Positions 18,599-27,290 of a stretch of 30,692 bases of DNA are shown here, one piece after another. The notes beneath the pieces were generated by a model. That model saw only the letters and a program-made list of their open reading frames with translations. It made no database searches and was not told the DNA's origin. A program made the position numbers and the translations under genes. Positions within the stretch are counted from its first letter, which is position 1. Every line of letters starts with the position of its first letter. The stretch is from a virus (taxonomy: Duplodnaviria; Caudoviricetes): the IMG/VR virus record IMGVR_UViG_3300025809_000080, positions 1 through 30,692 of that record. The stretch is one strand, 5' to 3'.

Positions 18599-20287
18599 TT
18601 ATGAAAGTGTTATAGCTGTTATTACTAGTACCTCGTTATTTTTGTGGTCTCTAAACGCGTCTAAAGGAATATCTAATCTGCTTGCCGTTGCTGACTGAGT
18701 GTTAAGCCTCTCAAGGTACTCCTCAATAACACCTGCTACAAAGAACGTGTTAGTTGCAGGGTTAAGCTGCGTTAAGGCAACCTTATCTGCGTTAACACCA
18801 CCTGCAAACCAAAATGAAGTCTCCTGTGGGTTGCTTGCATTCTCATCATACTCAGACATAATGTAGTTATCCGTTCGCACAACCTGATTACCTCTCGTGT
18901 CACCATTAGCTGCGAATACGTTAAAGAACTCACCTGCCGTAGAGAAGTTGTCATTAGACATTAGTAATACATTGTTATCTAAAATCTGTTTAACAACACC
19001 CTCTGTACTTGTGGATGTATTGAAGATTACATCACCCTCTTTTACTGATTTCTTAAATCCACCATCAGTTACCTGTAGATAATTGTATTGAACCTCAGTA
19101 ACTGAAAAGTTGGCAATCGTAAATGTATCAGTACTTTGACCAACAAGTTTTATTCCCTCAGCTTTACCCGCTACATCTTCAAGAACAGCTATAAAGTCAA
19201 AGCTAGTATTTCCTGTTGAGGTTGTAACTCTTTGAGATGAAGGAACACCACTAAAGTACCCCGTATTACTTATACCTGCATTTGTTGTGCCGCCTAATGT
19301 TTTATTAAGTATATCAAACTTAACCCTGTAAGTTTTACCAAACTCAAGATTAATTTTAGAATTAGAAGTAGCATATCTAGGGCTTGAGTTATCACCTATA
19401 AAATTTAACAAAGAGTTTGCCGCACTCCAATTTTCTTCTAAATCAAAAGATTGTGTGTACGGAGAAGTTACTAAGTTAGAGCTTTCTACATAAGGAACTT
19501 CTTTTACGGATACGCTTGATAATGAAGCTACCCCACTAGCAAAAATCTGAAAAGCTGTACCGTTACTTACTAAAACGGTATTGTAAGTTCCGTTAGCACT
19601 TACAGAGTCATCACCTGACTTAGTTCCACTAGCAGCGGATACACCTAAAGAACCTGAACTGTAATCTACAACAGTCCACTGTATTGCATATTTCTTACCT
19701 GATTCCAAACCCATTGATTGAATAAGTTTGTCATTATTGGTAGTTGCGTGAACAGCTTTACCATTACCACTTACAGTCCAATTTGTTCCGGACCAATCAC
19801 TAGCATCTTCAAAGTTCCCATTCGTAGCCAATTCAGGTGAGCCATAGGTAGGCGTTTCTGTAGCTGCTATTTCTTTTATTGAAACGTTACTTATTTCAAA
19901 AGAAACTCCTGCGTCAGTTGTATAAAAATCAAACCTAGTAGAAGGTGAGGGAGCAACCACTTTTTCTGTATACGTACCCGCGACACTTCTAGGTGTAAGG
20001 TTTTTTGAGTTTTGAAAGCTTGCAGTTACGCTACCGCCCGAAATGCTATCTATCGTAAACGTAACTACATAAGCTTTTTGAGATATTGTTACAGATTGAT
20101 AGGTAGGACTAAAAGCAGTTGAACTTGTACAAACCAACTTACCACCTACTATTGATGTGTTATTACCAAAAGTCCACCCATCTGTTGGGTCGGAAAAATC
20201 TCCGTTTACAAGCTTTTCAGGCTGCGCCGTGAGAGGTGTCCTATTACCATTTGATACCGTTAACGGTATTCCTAAATATTTTGCCAT
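18599..20287 (-). CDS. Fibre/decoration protein with three tandem CBM-like domains, 562 aa
   Basis: PEKLVNGDFS..W..ISNVSIKEI, PELATNGNFE..W..LSSVSVKEV and NLVTS..W..IANFSVTEV, followed by a VKEGDVIFNTS small barrel and a ~97-aa tail. Confidence 0.75.
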   Translation of the reverse strand: MAKYLGIPLTVSNGNRTPLTAQPEKLVNGDFSDPTDGWTFGNNTSIVGGKLVCTSSTAFSPTYQSVTISQKAYVVTFTIDSISGGSVTASFQNSKNLTPRSVAGTYTEKVVAPSPSTRFDFYTTDAGVSFEISNVSIKEIAATETPTYGSPELATNGNFEDASDWSGTNWTVSGNGKAVHATTNNDKLIQSMGLESGKKYAIQWTVVDYSSGSLGVSAASGTKSGDDSVSANGTYNTVLVSNGTAFQIFASGVASLSSVSVKEVPYVESSNLVTSPYTQSFDLEENWSAANSLLNFIGDNSSPRYATSNSKINLEFGKTYRVKFDILNKTLGGTTNAGISNTGYFSGVPSSQRVTTSTGNTSFDFIAVLEDVAGKAEGIKLVGQSTDTFTIANFSVTEVQYNYLQVTDGGFKKSVKEGDVIFNTSTSTEGVVKQILDNNVLLMSNDNFSTAGEFFNVFAANGDTRGNQVVRTDNYIMSEYDENASNPQETSFWFAGGVNADKVALTQLNPATNTFFVAGVIEEYLERLNTQSATASRLDIPLDAFRDHKNNEVLVITAITLS

Positions 20288-20291
20288 AGGC

Positions 20292-20585
20292 TTAAGAATA
20301 AACTATTGATGAAATCGCTCTAGGTGGAACCTGTAATGGAGCAACCTCTTTCCAATTTGAACTATACAAGTCTTGAATAACTCCAAGAATCCAAACCTTC
20401 ATATCGTGCGCTCCTACGTTAGTAGCGTGAGTTATTGTTATGGTATCAAAACTATCATTATCAACTTCTTGAAATATCTTTAATGTTAATAATGTAGTTC
20501 CTGCTGTTGCAACAGCCATGATTTTTTCAACATTTGAAATTATTACGTTACTCGTTCCGTCGTTTAAATATATATACTTTGTCAT
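20292..20585 (-). CDS. Small putative virion protein, 97 aa (paralogue family)
   Basis: MTKYIYL...DTITITH...M..W....W...ISSIVYS, the same pattern as the 101-aa neighbour. Confidence 0.7.
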   Translation of the reverse strand: MTKYIYLNDGTSNVIISNVEKIMAVATAGTTLLTLKIFQEVDNDSFDTITITHATNVGAHDMKVWILGVIQDLYSSNWKEVAPLQVPPRAISSIVYS

Positions 20586-20587
20586 AA

Positions 20588-20893
20588 TTATGTTAATGTA
20601 ATGTTAGAAATTGAATAAGGAGCATCAGAAGCTGATACATTATACATCGGCTCTGACCAAGGTCGTTGATTAGCTGCAATAAATTGCTTAGTAACCCAAT
20701 CAACCATAGCGGTATCTGAAGATGAAGGCATTGGGTCGTGAGCAATAGATATAATATTTATATCTGTATTTACAGTACCATACCTTACCTGAGTTACAGT
20801 ACTACTACTTGTTTGTACTTTTAACATCTCTGCAATAGGTATGATAAGTACCTCGTGCGATGGAATGTCGTTTACTTTGATAAATTTTACCAT
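20588..20893 (-). CDS. Small putative virion protein, 101 aa (paralogue family)
   Basis: MVKFIKV...NIISIAH...M..W....W...ISNITLT, with an A-rich leader. Confidence 0.7.
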   Translation of the reverse strand: MVKFIKVNDIPSHEVLIIPIAEMLKVQTSSSTVTQVRYGTVNTDINIISIAHDPMPSSSDTAMVDWVTKQFIAANQRPWSEPMYNVSASDAPYSISNITLT

Positions 20894-20933
20894 TGTTTTT
20901 TCTTTTTAACTATATAAATGATTAATAATGAAA

Positions 20934-20941
20934 CAAAGATA
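20934..20941 (-). promoter_or_regulatory. Bacteroidota-type -7 promoter element TATCTTTG
   Basis: TAnnTTTG 2 nt after a terminator U-tract and 40 nt before ATG 20893. Confidence 0.7.
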
Positions 20942-20943
20942 GC

Positions 20944-20971
20944 AAAAAAAAAAGGAAGCATTTCTGCCTCC
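20944..20971 (-). terminator. Intrinsic terminator after the 250-aa gene
   Basis: GGAGGCA-GAAA-TGCTTCC (GNRA tetraloop) followed by T10. Confidence 0.9.
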
Positions 20972-20978
20972 TCTTTTA

Positions 20979-21731
20979 CTACTTGGTCTCTGCGACCTTC
21001 TCTAAGAACTCAAGGACGTCAAGTCCCTCATCGCTCTGTAGGTATGACGACACCACATACAGCGGGTCCTCACCGAAAGGTATTGTCAGCATACGCTTCT
21101 TATTGCTTGGCGTATTAAAGAATACATCCTTCTTGTTGTTTCTAAACGTTAACACGTTCTTATCAAAGAACGACTGAACCTTAGAGTCAATCTGAAGCGA
21201 AGCGTCTCCTACAACAGCTAAGAATGAGTGTGGGTCTTGCTTAGCGAATAAAAGAATATCTCTCCTAAGCTCTGCCGAAGTGATGTTGCTTGGGTCTGTA
21301 CCAAACGCTACACGGGTTACGGCCTCTATCTGCTCTATTGAAAGCTCGCGAGCTGCAATTAATGCATCAACCTCTACGTTAAGGTCTTCTACTATCTCCT
21401 TAGCCTCTTTAGCTTTGTCAATGGTAGCGTACTTAACACCATTAGATGGGTGTATCTCTAAGAACTTTTGTAATACCTGATTTGTTTTTGGAACTGTAAG
21501 GAAGCCGTCATCGAATATGATAGGCTCTAATATTGCATTCCCATCCTGCTCGTCCTCAAACGGACTCTTTTGGTTTCTTGCGTATCGAAGGGCTCTGTTC
21601 TCTCCTTTCTCCTCATCAAACCATAGCAATGGAAATCTTCTTGTGTTTCTTGATGCGAGCATAAATGATAACGGAGTTGTATTCCCTAATAATTTATACT
21701 GCTTGTCTACGTACTCTACTGTTTTTTTCAT
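20979..21731 (-). CDS. Conserved phage protein downstream of the capsid gene, 250 aa, function unknown
   Basis: Clean ORF bounded by two terminators, with an AT-rich leader (AATTAAATTCAAATG). Confidence 0.8.
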   Translation of the reverse strand: MKKTVEYVDKQYKLLGNTTPLSFMLASRNTRRFPLLWFDEEKGENRALRYARNQKSPFEDEQDGNAILEPIIFDDGFLTVPKTNQVLQKFLEIHPSNGVKYATIDKAKEAKEIVEDLNVEVDALIAARELSIEQIEAVTRVAFGTDPSNITSAELRRDILLFAKQDPHSFLAVVGDASLQIDSKVQSFFDKNVLTFRNNKKDVFFNTPSNKKRMLTIPFGEDPLYVVSSYLQSDEGLDVLEFLEKVAETK

Positions 21732-21750
21732 TTGAATTTAATTAGAATTT

Positions 21751-21790
21751 AAAAAAGTAAAAGAGAGTCCGCTATAACGGACTCCCTTTT
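21751..21790 (-). terminator. Intrinsic (possibly bidirectional) terminator after the major capsid gene
   Basis: AAAAGGGAGTCCG-TTATAG-CGGACTCTCTTTT followed by ACTTTTTT. Confidence 0.85.
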
Positions 21791-21797
21791 TAATATA

Positions 21798-23240
21798 CTA
21801 CTCTTGGAATAAGAAGAAGTTGTTTGCACCTAAAGTACATACAGCTCTCTCAGACAAGAAGTTAACCTCCATTGCATCCAAGCTAGAAGTAGCTGCGCCA
21901 CCTGCTGAACCTGTAATCCAAGTCTTGTAACGTCGGTCTTCAGTTTGTGAAGCACGGTAACGTACATGTAAGAAAGGACGCTTAGCGTTCTTACCTAAGA
22001 TTTGGTCATACACTGAAGTTGAACCTGCAGGAACTAACAATCCGTTAATTTTTCCTGAACCTGCTCCTGATGGTAAACCACCACGCATAGTTGGGTCATT
22101 CAAGTATTTCCAATCAGACTTGTAGAAGTCATAACCTCTTCGGAATCCTGTGAATCCTAAGTTAAGAGCCATCTCTTCGTCATTGTCAAATAGTCCGTAA
22201 GACGTACCACCTGCACCGTAAGAGTTCTGAGCAGCTAACATGTCATCAACATCGAATCCGAACTGACGGTCAACGAAGATTACGTTCTCTTCAATAGAAC
22301 CTTGCTTGTCAAGACGTTGGATAACAGCGTCAAAGTCACCCAATACGTTAGGGTTACCACCTGACCATACGTTACCTCTGTTCTCTACAACGTAGAATAC
22401 ACCTTCAGAACCTTTGTTACCTGCATCACCTGTTGCTGATGCTGCACCTGAGCCTGCTGCTGCAGGAACCGCCTCCAACATAGATGTTTCTAGGTAGTCA
22501 TCAAAACGAAGACGAGTTTCGTGCTCAGACTTCAAGTACCAAAGGTATCCTGCCGCACCATTCTCTGTAGTAACTTCAACCCATCCGATTTGAGCCATAT
22601 CAGAACCTGATACTGCATACTTATCTTTAAGGATGATTGGACTGTTTTCAAAGATTTCATCAGAAGCCTCTAAAGAACCTGCCATACCATTCGTTCCTTT
22701 CTTAAACTCAGAACCGTAAATAAATACAGTTAAGGTTGCGGTGTTACCAAACGCTTGACCTGTACCTTCATAATAAGCTACATTGAAAGTACCTGCTGCT
22801 GTATCAACCAAAGTTACAACCCCTTTATTGCTTCCTGAACCTGCGTTGTCAGAAATCATAACTGTATTACCTACACGAATAGCAATAGAACCTGCTGTTA
22901 AGCCAATATTCTGTCTATTAGGGTCAAGAACATCTGCTACTGTAATAGTTGCAGTACCTTGCGCTGCTGCTGCACCTGAGCTACAGTTAACGTATTTAGT
23001 GTGTAGTCTTCCTTGCTCTGCCCATTTGATAAGGTCTGAGTTAGAAGGCATCTCTGCTCCAACCAATCGTAGGAAAGATGCTACGGTACGATTACCGTAA
23101 CGCTCGAATTCCTTCTCGTAAGTATCCGGTAGATACTGACTTAAGAAGTTAAAATCTGTAATGTAATTAGTCGCTGTCGGCACTTGTTGTGCTGAGGGCT
23201 GTAAATCAAAGCCCGGACTAGTCTGTACTGAACCTGCCAT
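21798..23240 (-). CDS. Major capsid protein, 480 aa
   Basis: Follows the scaffold gene and precedes a strong terminator. WAEQGRLH, IYGSEFKKG, PIILKDKYAVSGSD, GFTGFRRGYDFY and FLSER..C..GANNF motifs. Confidence 0.88.
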   Translation of the reverse strand: MAGSVQTSPGFDLQPSAQQVPTATNYITDFNFLSQYLPDTYEKEFERYGNRTVASFLRLVGAEMPSNSDLIKWAEQGRLHTKYVNCSSGAAAAQGTATITVADVLDPNRQNIGLTAGSIAIRVGNTVMISDNAGSGSNKGVVTLVDTAAGTFNVAYYEGTGQAFGNTATLTVFIYGSEFKKGTNGMAGSLEASDEIFENSPIILKDKYAVSGSDMAQIGWVEVTTENGAAGYLWYLKSEHETRLRFDDYLETSMLEAVPAAAGSGAASATGDAGNKGSEGVFYVVENRGNVWSGGNPNVLGDFDAVIQRLDKQGSIEENVIFVDRQFGFDVDDMLAAQNSYGAGGTSYGLFDNDEEMALNLGFTGFRRGYDFYKSDWKYLNDPTMRGGLPSGAGSGKINGLLVPAGSTSVYDQILGKNAKRPFLHVRYRASQTEDRRYKTWITGSAGGAATSSLDAMEVNFLSERAVCTLGANNFFLFQE

Positions 23241-23258
23241 TTTTTTGTTTTTTTAAAA

Positions 23259-24359
23259 TTATTTTCTTTTAATACTCCTAATCTTTAAACCTCGACCTGA
23301 GTCACTGCTCAAAGACCTAACTTGTGCTCCTGATTTAACAGTTGAAGCAGGGGCGTTGCGAGTTGTCATATTAATATTCTTAGTCTTCCTCATAACATCC
23401 TCTGTCGCATTTGCTTTACCCTGCTCATAAAAAAATTGAGCAAACTTCTCAGGATTCATTGCAACGGCTAGTGCTTTGTGGTATCCTGCAGCGTCATTCA
23501 TAAGTCCGTTATCATCCAAATACTTGTTAACAAAATTCATTGGTGATAGCTGAGCCTTCTTTACTTCCTCTGCACTACCCGGATTAAAAGTGACTTGGTC
23601 TTCTCCAATATTGAACTCAAAACCTTTGAACTCATTGTTAAAAACCTCGTCAGTCTTTTGTGAGAACCACTCAGACTTTCTTTTTGTCTCCTCTTGCTGC
23701 GTTGCCGCCTCATTCAAATACTGCTTATACGCTTTGTACTCCTCATTCTCGCCCTCAGAGATAGCTTCCTGTCTTGACTCAAGTGGTTGCTTGTACATCT
23801 CCTGCTGCTCGGTAAAGTAGTTCTTAGCCTTAGCAATAGCTTTTTTCTTTGCCACCTTGATTTTCTTAATGTCCGACTCTTCATCTAAGTCTGCATCGTA
23901 GGAATACTCATCCATTAACGACTGAATGTCGTCATCGTCAAGAGCTGTTTCCGTAGCCTTAAGATAATCTCTTAGCAAAGATTCAGGGTTTACCTCATCA
24001 AAGTCCTGTTGTAATTTAACATAGTCACTGATGCCTCGCCCTGTTTCTTTTTTATACTTAAAATAAGCAGCTACATCCTCAGGTAGTTCTTCTTGAGCTT
24101 CTCGCTCTACAAACAACTCATCTACTGATGTAATCTCCTTATTGTATCTTTCTTTAATATGTGAAAGAACTTGCTCCTCGGTAATGCCTTGCGGCTCTTG
24201 CTGCTCAACCTCTTCGGCTTGCGGTTCTTCTATTACCTGAGTTTCTTCTGTTGGTGCTGAGTCCTCAAACTGCTCTTCATGCTTTTCTAGCAATTCCTCT
24301 TCCACCTCCGCTGTAGACTTCTGCTCTACACCGTCTAACGCTTTTACTTTAATTTCCAT
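23259..24359 (-). CDS. Capsid scaffolding protein, 366 aa
   Basis: Very acidic, helical protein with a basic C-terminus (LKIRSIKRK), immediately upstream of the capsid gene. Confidence 0.75.
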   Translation of the reverse strand: MEIKVKALDGVEQKSTAEVEEELLEKHEEQFEDSAPTEETQVIEEPQAEEVEQQEPQGITEEQVLSHIKERYNKEITSVDELFVEREAQEELPEDVAAYFKYKKETGRGISDYVKLQQDFDEVNPESLLRDYLKATETALDDDDIQSLMDEYSYDADLDEESDIKKIKVAKKKAIAKAKNYFTEQQEMYKQPLESRQEAISEGENEEYKAYKQYLNEAATQQEETKRKSEWFSQKTDEVFNNEFKGFEFNIGEDQVTFNPGSAEEVKKAQLSPMNFVNKYLDDNGLMNDAAGYHKALAVAMNPEKFAQFFYEQGKANATEDVMRKTKNINMTTRNAPASTVKSGAQVRSLSSDSGRGLKIRSIKRK

Positions 24360-24375
24360 TTGATTTGATTTTATG

Positions 24376-24383
24376 CAAAGTTA
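24376..24383 (-). promoter_or_regulatory. Bacteroidota-type -7 promoter element TAACTTTG
   Basis: TAnnTTTG 16 nt upstream of the scaffold ATG, followed by the A-rich leader CATAAAATCAAATCAA. Confidence 0.7.
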
Positions 24384-24402
24384 AACAAAATTTATTTATA
24401 TT

Positions 24403-24648
24403 TTAGACGCTTTTTCTTGTGACCCTACCTGCCTTGGTATTGGACACAAACTGTTTTTTTCTGCCGTACTTCTTTTTCTTTTTAGCAGTTGAAGCTCTTT
24501 CTGCTTTACTCATACTATTAGCTTTATTAAGTGGTAAACATCTATCAGGGTTCTTTTTATTCTTACTAGTACCGCACGCTCCTTTAATAGAACCGTCAGT
24601 CCCTATACGAACCCACTTCTCATCTCTCCACTTTTTAAGCTCACCCAT
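24403..24648 (-). CDS. Small basic protein, 81 aa
   Basis: MGELKKWRDEKWV..G.CG..P.RCLP, K/R-rich, TAATG-coupled to the upstream peptide. Confidence 0.8.
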   Translation of the reverse strand: MGELKKWRDEKWVRIGTDGSIKGACGTSKNKKNPDRCLPLNKANSMSKAERASTAKKKKKYGRKKQFVSNTKAGRVTRKSV

Positions 24649-24698
24649 TAGTACTTTGGTTTTTTAGGCTTCTTCTTTTTAGTTCCGTATGCTGCCAT
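24648..24698 (-). CDS. 16-aa Lys-rich micropeptide MAAYGTKKKKPKKPKY
   Basis: Exactly fills the gap between its neighbours, with TAATG stop/start overlaps at both ends (24698 and 24648). Confidence 0.7.
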   Translation of the reverse strand: MAAYGTKKKKPKKPKY

Positions 24699-24853
24699 TA
24701 TTTTTTAGATTTTTTAGCGTAGTTAGGGTCTTTACAATATTTACTTGCAGCCATGTTTGCATAAGCTGAAGGGTATCTGTCGAATGTTCTTTTTGCCCAC
24801 GCAATTCCTGCAGAGCATATCTTATTCTTTTTTGTTCTACCTTTTGTTGCCAT
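24698..24853 (-). CDS. Small basic protein, 51 aa (MATKGRTKKNKICSAGIAWAKRTFDRYPSAYANMAASKYCKDPNYAKKSKK)
   Basis: ATG 1 nt after the portal stop and TAATG overlap with the next ORF. Carries a YPSAYAN motif. Below the ORF-track cutoff. Confidence 0.8.
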   Translation of the reverse strand: MATKGRTKKNKICSAGIAWAKRTFDRYPSAYANMAASKYCKDPNYAKKSKK

Positions 24854-24854
24854 A

Positions 24855-27290
24855 CTACCTTGGGTTAAATTCAGCTAAATCAAACCCATCTAAGCTATCC
24901 TCGTTAGACTCAAAGTTCTGAGGCGGTAGGTTGTTCTTGCGCTGATTAATTAATTTACTCTGCTCTGTGTTCTGCTGACTAATGCGAGCCGACTTAGCAT
25001 CCTCTCTCTGATTCTCCCTTTGGTCTAAAGCTTGCTCGGACACACCACGTAACTGCATGTTAAGACTAAACTCTTTATCCATTAGCATGGATTTAAGCTG
25101 AGCCTCATTATTCATCTTCTCAATTTCAAAAGCTATCTCAGCTTGTTTGAGCTGCATCTTAGCTTGACTCTCCGCCTGAATCTTTTGCATAGCAACTTGA
25201 GCCGCCATCTCTTGAGACTTTAATTGCTGCTGAGCTGTCATAGCCTGCTTCTGCATAGCCATCTTCTCGTCACGCTCTTGCTTCTTAATTCTCTTAACCT
25301 TAAGTAATTGATTAGCAAGTTTTAAGTTTCTTATCTCTCTAATATCAATAGCGTCCTCTAAGTTTATATCACCCTTAGATAAAGCCATCTGTATATTCTG
25401 CTCAAGCTGAGCTTTCTCTTCCTCATCAGGAGACACCTCAATAAAGACTCCAAAGTCATAAATGTATAGACTGTTAATCTCGTTTAGGATAGATACATTG
25501 TACTTACCTATCTGATTAACAAACTCATCCTTAAAGTCGGCGTACTCTAGTATATCAGAAACCCTGTACGTTAAAGCTTCAGCTAGCGTCTTATAAATAT
25601 AAAGACTACTATCTAATATGTGCCTTGTAGCTGTGTTGGAATTTAACGCTGCTAGCTTTTGCACTCCAACCAAAGAATTAGGGTCAGGAGTAGAACCGTC
25701 TCTCGCTTCATTTAAGCCTGTTACAGCTCGTATCATTCCTAAGTAATGGTTATAGTTACCAATAAGCATTTGCGTTTTGCTAGCCCCTGAATTTGAGGTT
25801 AGCTGCTGAATAGGAACTTTACCTTGGTTGTAGTCACCATCCTGCGTGTAGCTTCTACCAATCACACTACCTGTTTGGAAGTATAATCTTAAAGCGTCCT
25901 CAGGGTTATACGCACTACCTGTTCCAAGGTCTACCTCATTTAATCCATCCGCGTCAATGTAAACACCGTCAGGTACAACTCTTGATATTACCTGCTGAAG
26001 TTTTAAGTGTGTTATCTGAATTAAATCAGCAAAAGGAATCATCCTTCTTACTAAAGATTCAATATTTCCTTTATACATTCTAGGAGCTACGGCTACGTAG
26101 TTAGAGATAGCATGCTGACTAGCAGACTTAGGTCTAACCATGTTCTCAGCCATCTCCCACTTAAGTAAGATGTTCGTCCCCATAACCATAACGCCTTCGT
26201 ACCAAACGTCAATAGTTTTCTCTACCTTCTCGAAGTTACCCTCATCCATCATCTCCACGGGTGGATTAAATTGGTCGTCCTTCTCAATCATCTTAGAGCC
26301 ACCATTATCATACACCTTCTTCTTATAGACAATCTTCTTAGTAGTCTTATAGTTGAAGTACATTAATGTAGCGGTATCCTTGTAAAAAATATCATTCTCG
26401 TAAAACTGAGCTGTGTTGTAGTAGTCGTACCAACTCTGACTGTACTGAGAGATTTTTTCAAAATCCTCATTAGTGAGCGATTGGTCAATCTTACTTAACT
26501 CAATAATAGGTACGGTTTTAATCTCACCCCAATAAAAACAATCTTTAAAGTGCGGGTCTTCAGTATAACTGTACACTACATTCGCGGGGTCTACATAACT
26601 AACCTTAACTCCTGCGCCCGGTAAGAACTCATGCTTTGCTACACCTATGCCTAATACAGTAAGGTCATAGTCAAATCTTTTCCTTAAGTCTACGTACTTA
26701 TTCTCTGAGAGTAAGGTGTCAATAGCAGTCTCCTCAGCTATCTCGATAGCCGGCTTGTAGTTTAAGTTCATGTACAAGGAAAGCTCCTCGTCATTATCAG
26801 GTAAGTCATCAGGCTCCATAGTAAACGGATTCATACCTGTATTCTTCTGTATCGTCTCAAGGATTGGTTTAGCAACCATCTGTCCTTGAATCATTTCCTG
26901 AAACTTACTTCTATTTTCTTGTGATATTGCATCCTCAGCGTAAGCCTTAACCTTAAATAATCTGTCAGACATTCCGTTAACAACGATGTCTACAAACTTA
27001 GGTAGGATAGGTACGGGAGTCCAATCAAGGTTTAAATATGAAAGGTCACCATCAACGGCAAGCTCAGTCTTATATTTTGCAACAGACTGTTCACCCCTTG
27101 CATATAACCTCAACCTATGAAAGTCTCTCCATTGGTCGTAGTATCTACATGAATTACCATCTCTCTTGAACCACTCGTACTGTATTGCTTGACCTATCTG
27201 TATCCCAAATTCTTCAGTTGCTTTTTCTGCATCTGAAACAAATTGACTAGGAAAACCTGCAGCCGATATGTTTACATTTACCTCTTTCAT
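24855..27290 (-). CDS. Portal protein, 811 aa
   Basis: Directly follows TerL. LDWTPVPILPKFVDIVVNG, VDPANVVYS and VTGLNEARDGS motifs, with a long Gln-rich C-terminal coiled coil (barrel). Confidence 0.88.
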   Translation of the reverse strand: MKEVNVNISAAGFPSQFVSDAEKATEEFGIQIGQAIQYEWFKRDGNSCRYYDQWRDFHRLRLYARGEQSVAKYKTELAVDGDLSYLNLDWTPVPILPKFVDIVVNGMSDRLFKVKAYAEDAISQENRSKFQEMIQGQMVAKPILETIQKNTGMNPFTMEPDDLPDNDEELSLYMNLNYKPAIEIAEETAIDTLLSENKYVDLRKRFDYDLTVLGIGVAKHEFLPGAGVKVSYVDPANVVYSYTEDPHFKDCFYWGEIKTVPIIELSKIDQSLTNEDFEKISQYSQSWYDYYNTAQFYENDIFYKDTATLMYFNYKTTKKIVYKKKVYDNGGSKMIEKDDQFNPPVEMMDEGNFEKVEKTIDVWYEGVMVMGTNILLKWEMAENMVRPKSASQHAISNYVAVAPRMYKGNIESLVRRMIPFADLIQITHLKLQQVISRVVPDGVYIDADGLNEVDLGTGSAYNPEDALRLYFQTGSVIGRSYTQDGDYNQGKVPIQQLTSNSGASKTQMLIGNYNHYLGMIRAVTGLNEARDGSTPDPNSLVGVQKLAALNSNTATRHILDSSLYIYKTLAEALTYRVSDILEYADFKDEFVNQIGKYNVSILNEINSLYIYDFGVFIEVSPDEEEKAQLEQNIQMALSKGDINLEDAIDIREIRNLKLANQLLKVKRIKKQERDEKMAMQKQAMTAQQQLKSQEMAAQVAMQKIQAESQAKMQLKQAEIAFEIEKMNNEAQLKSMLMDKEFSLNMQLRGVSEQALDQRENQREDAKSARISQQNTEQSKLINQRKNNLPPQNFESNEDSLDGFDLAEFNPR

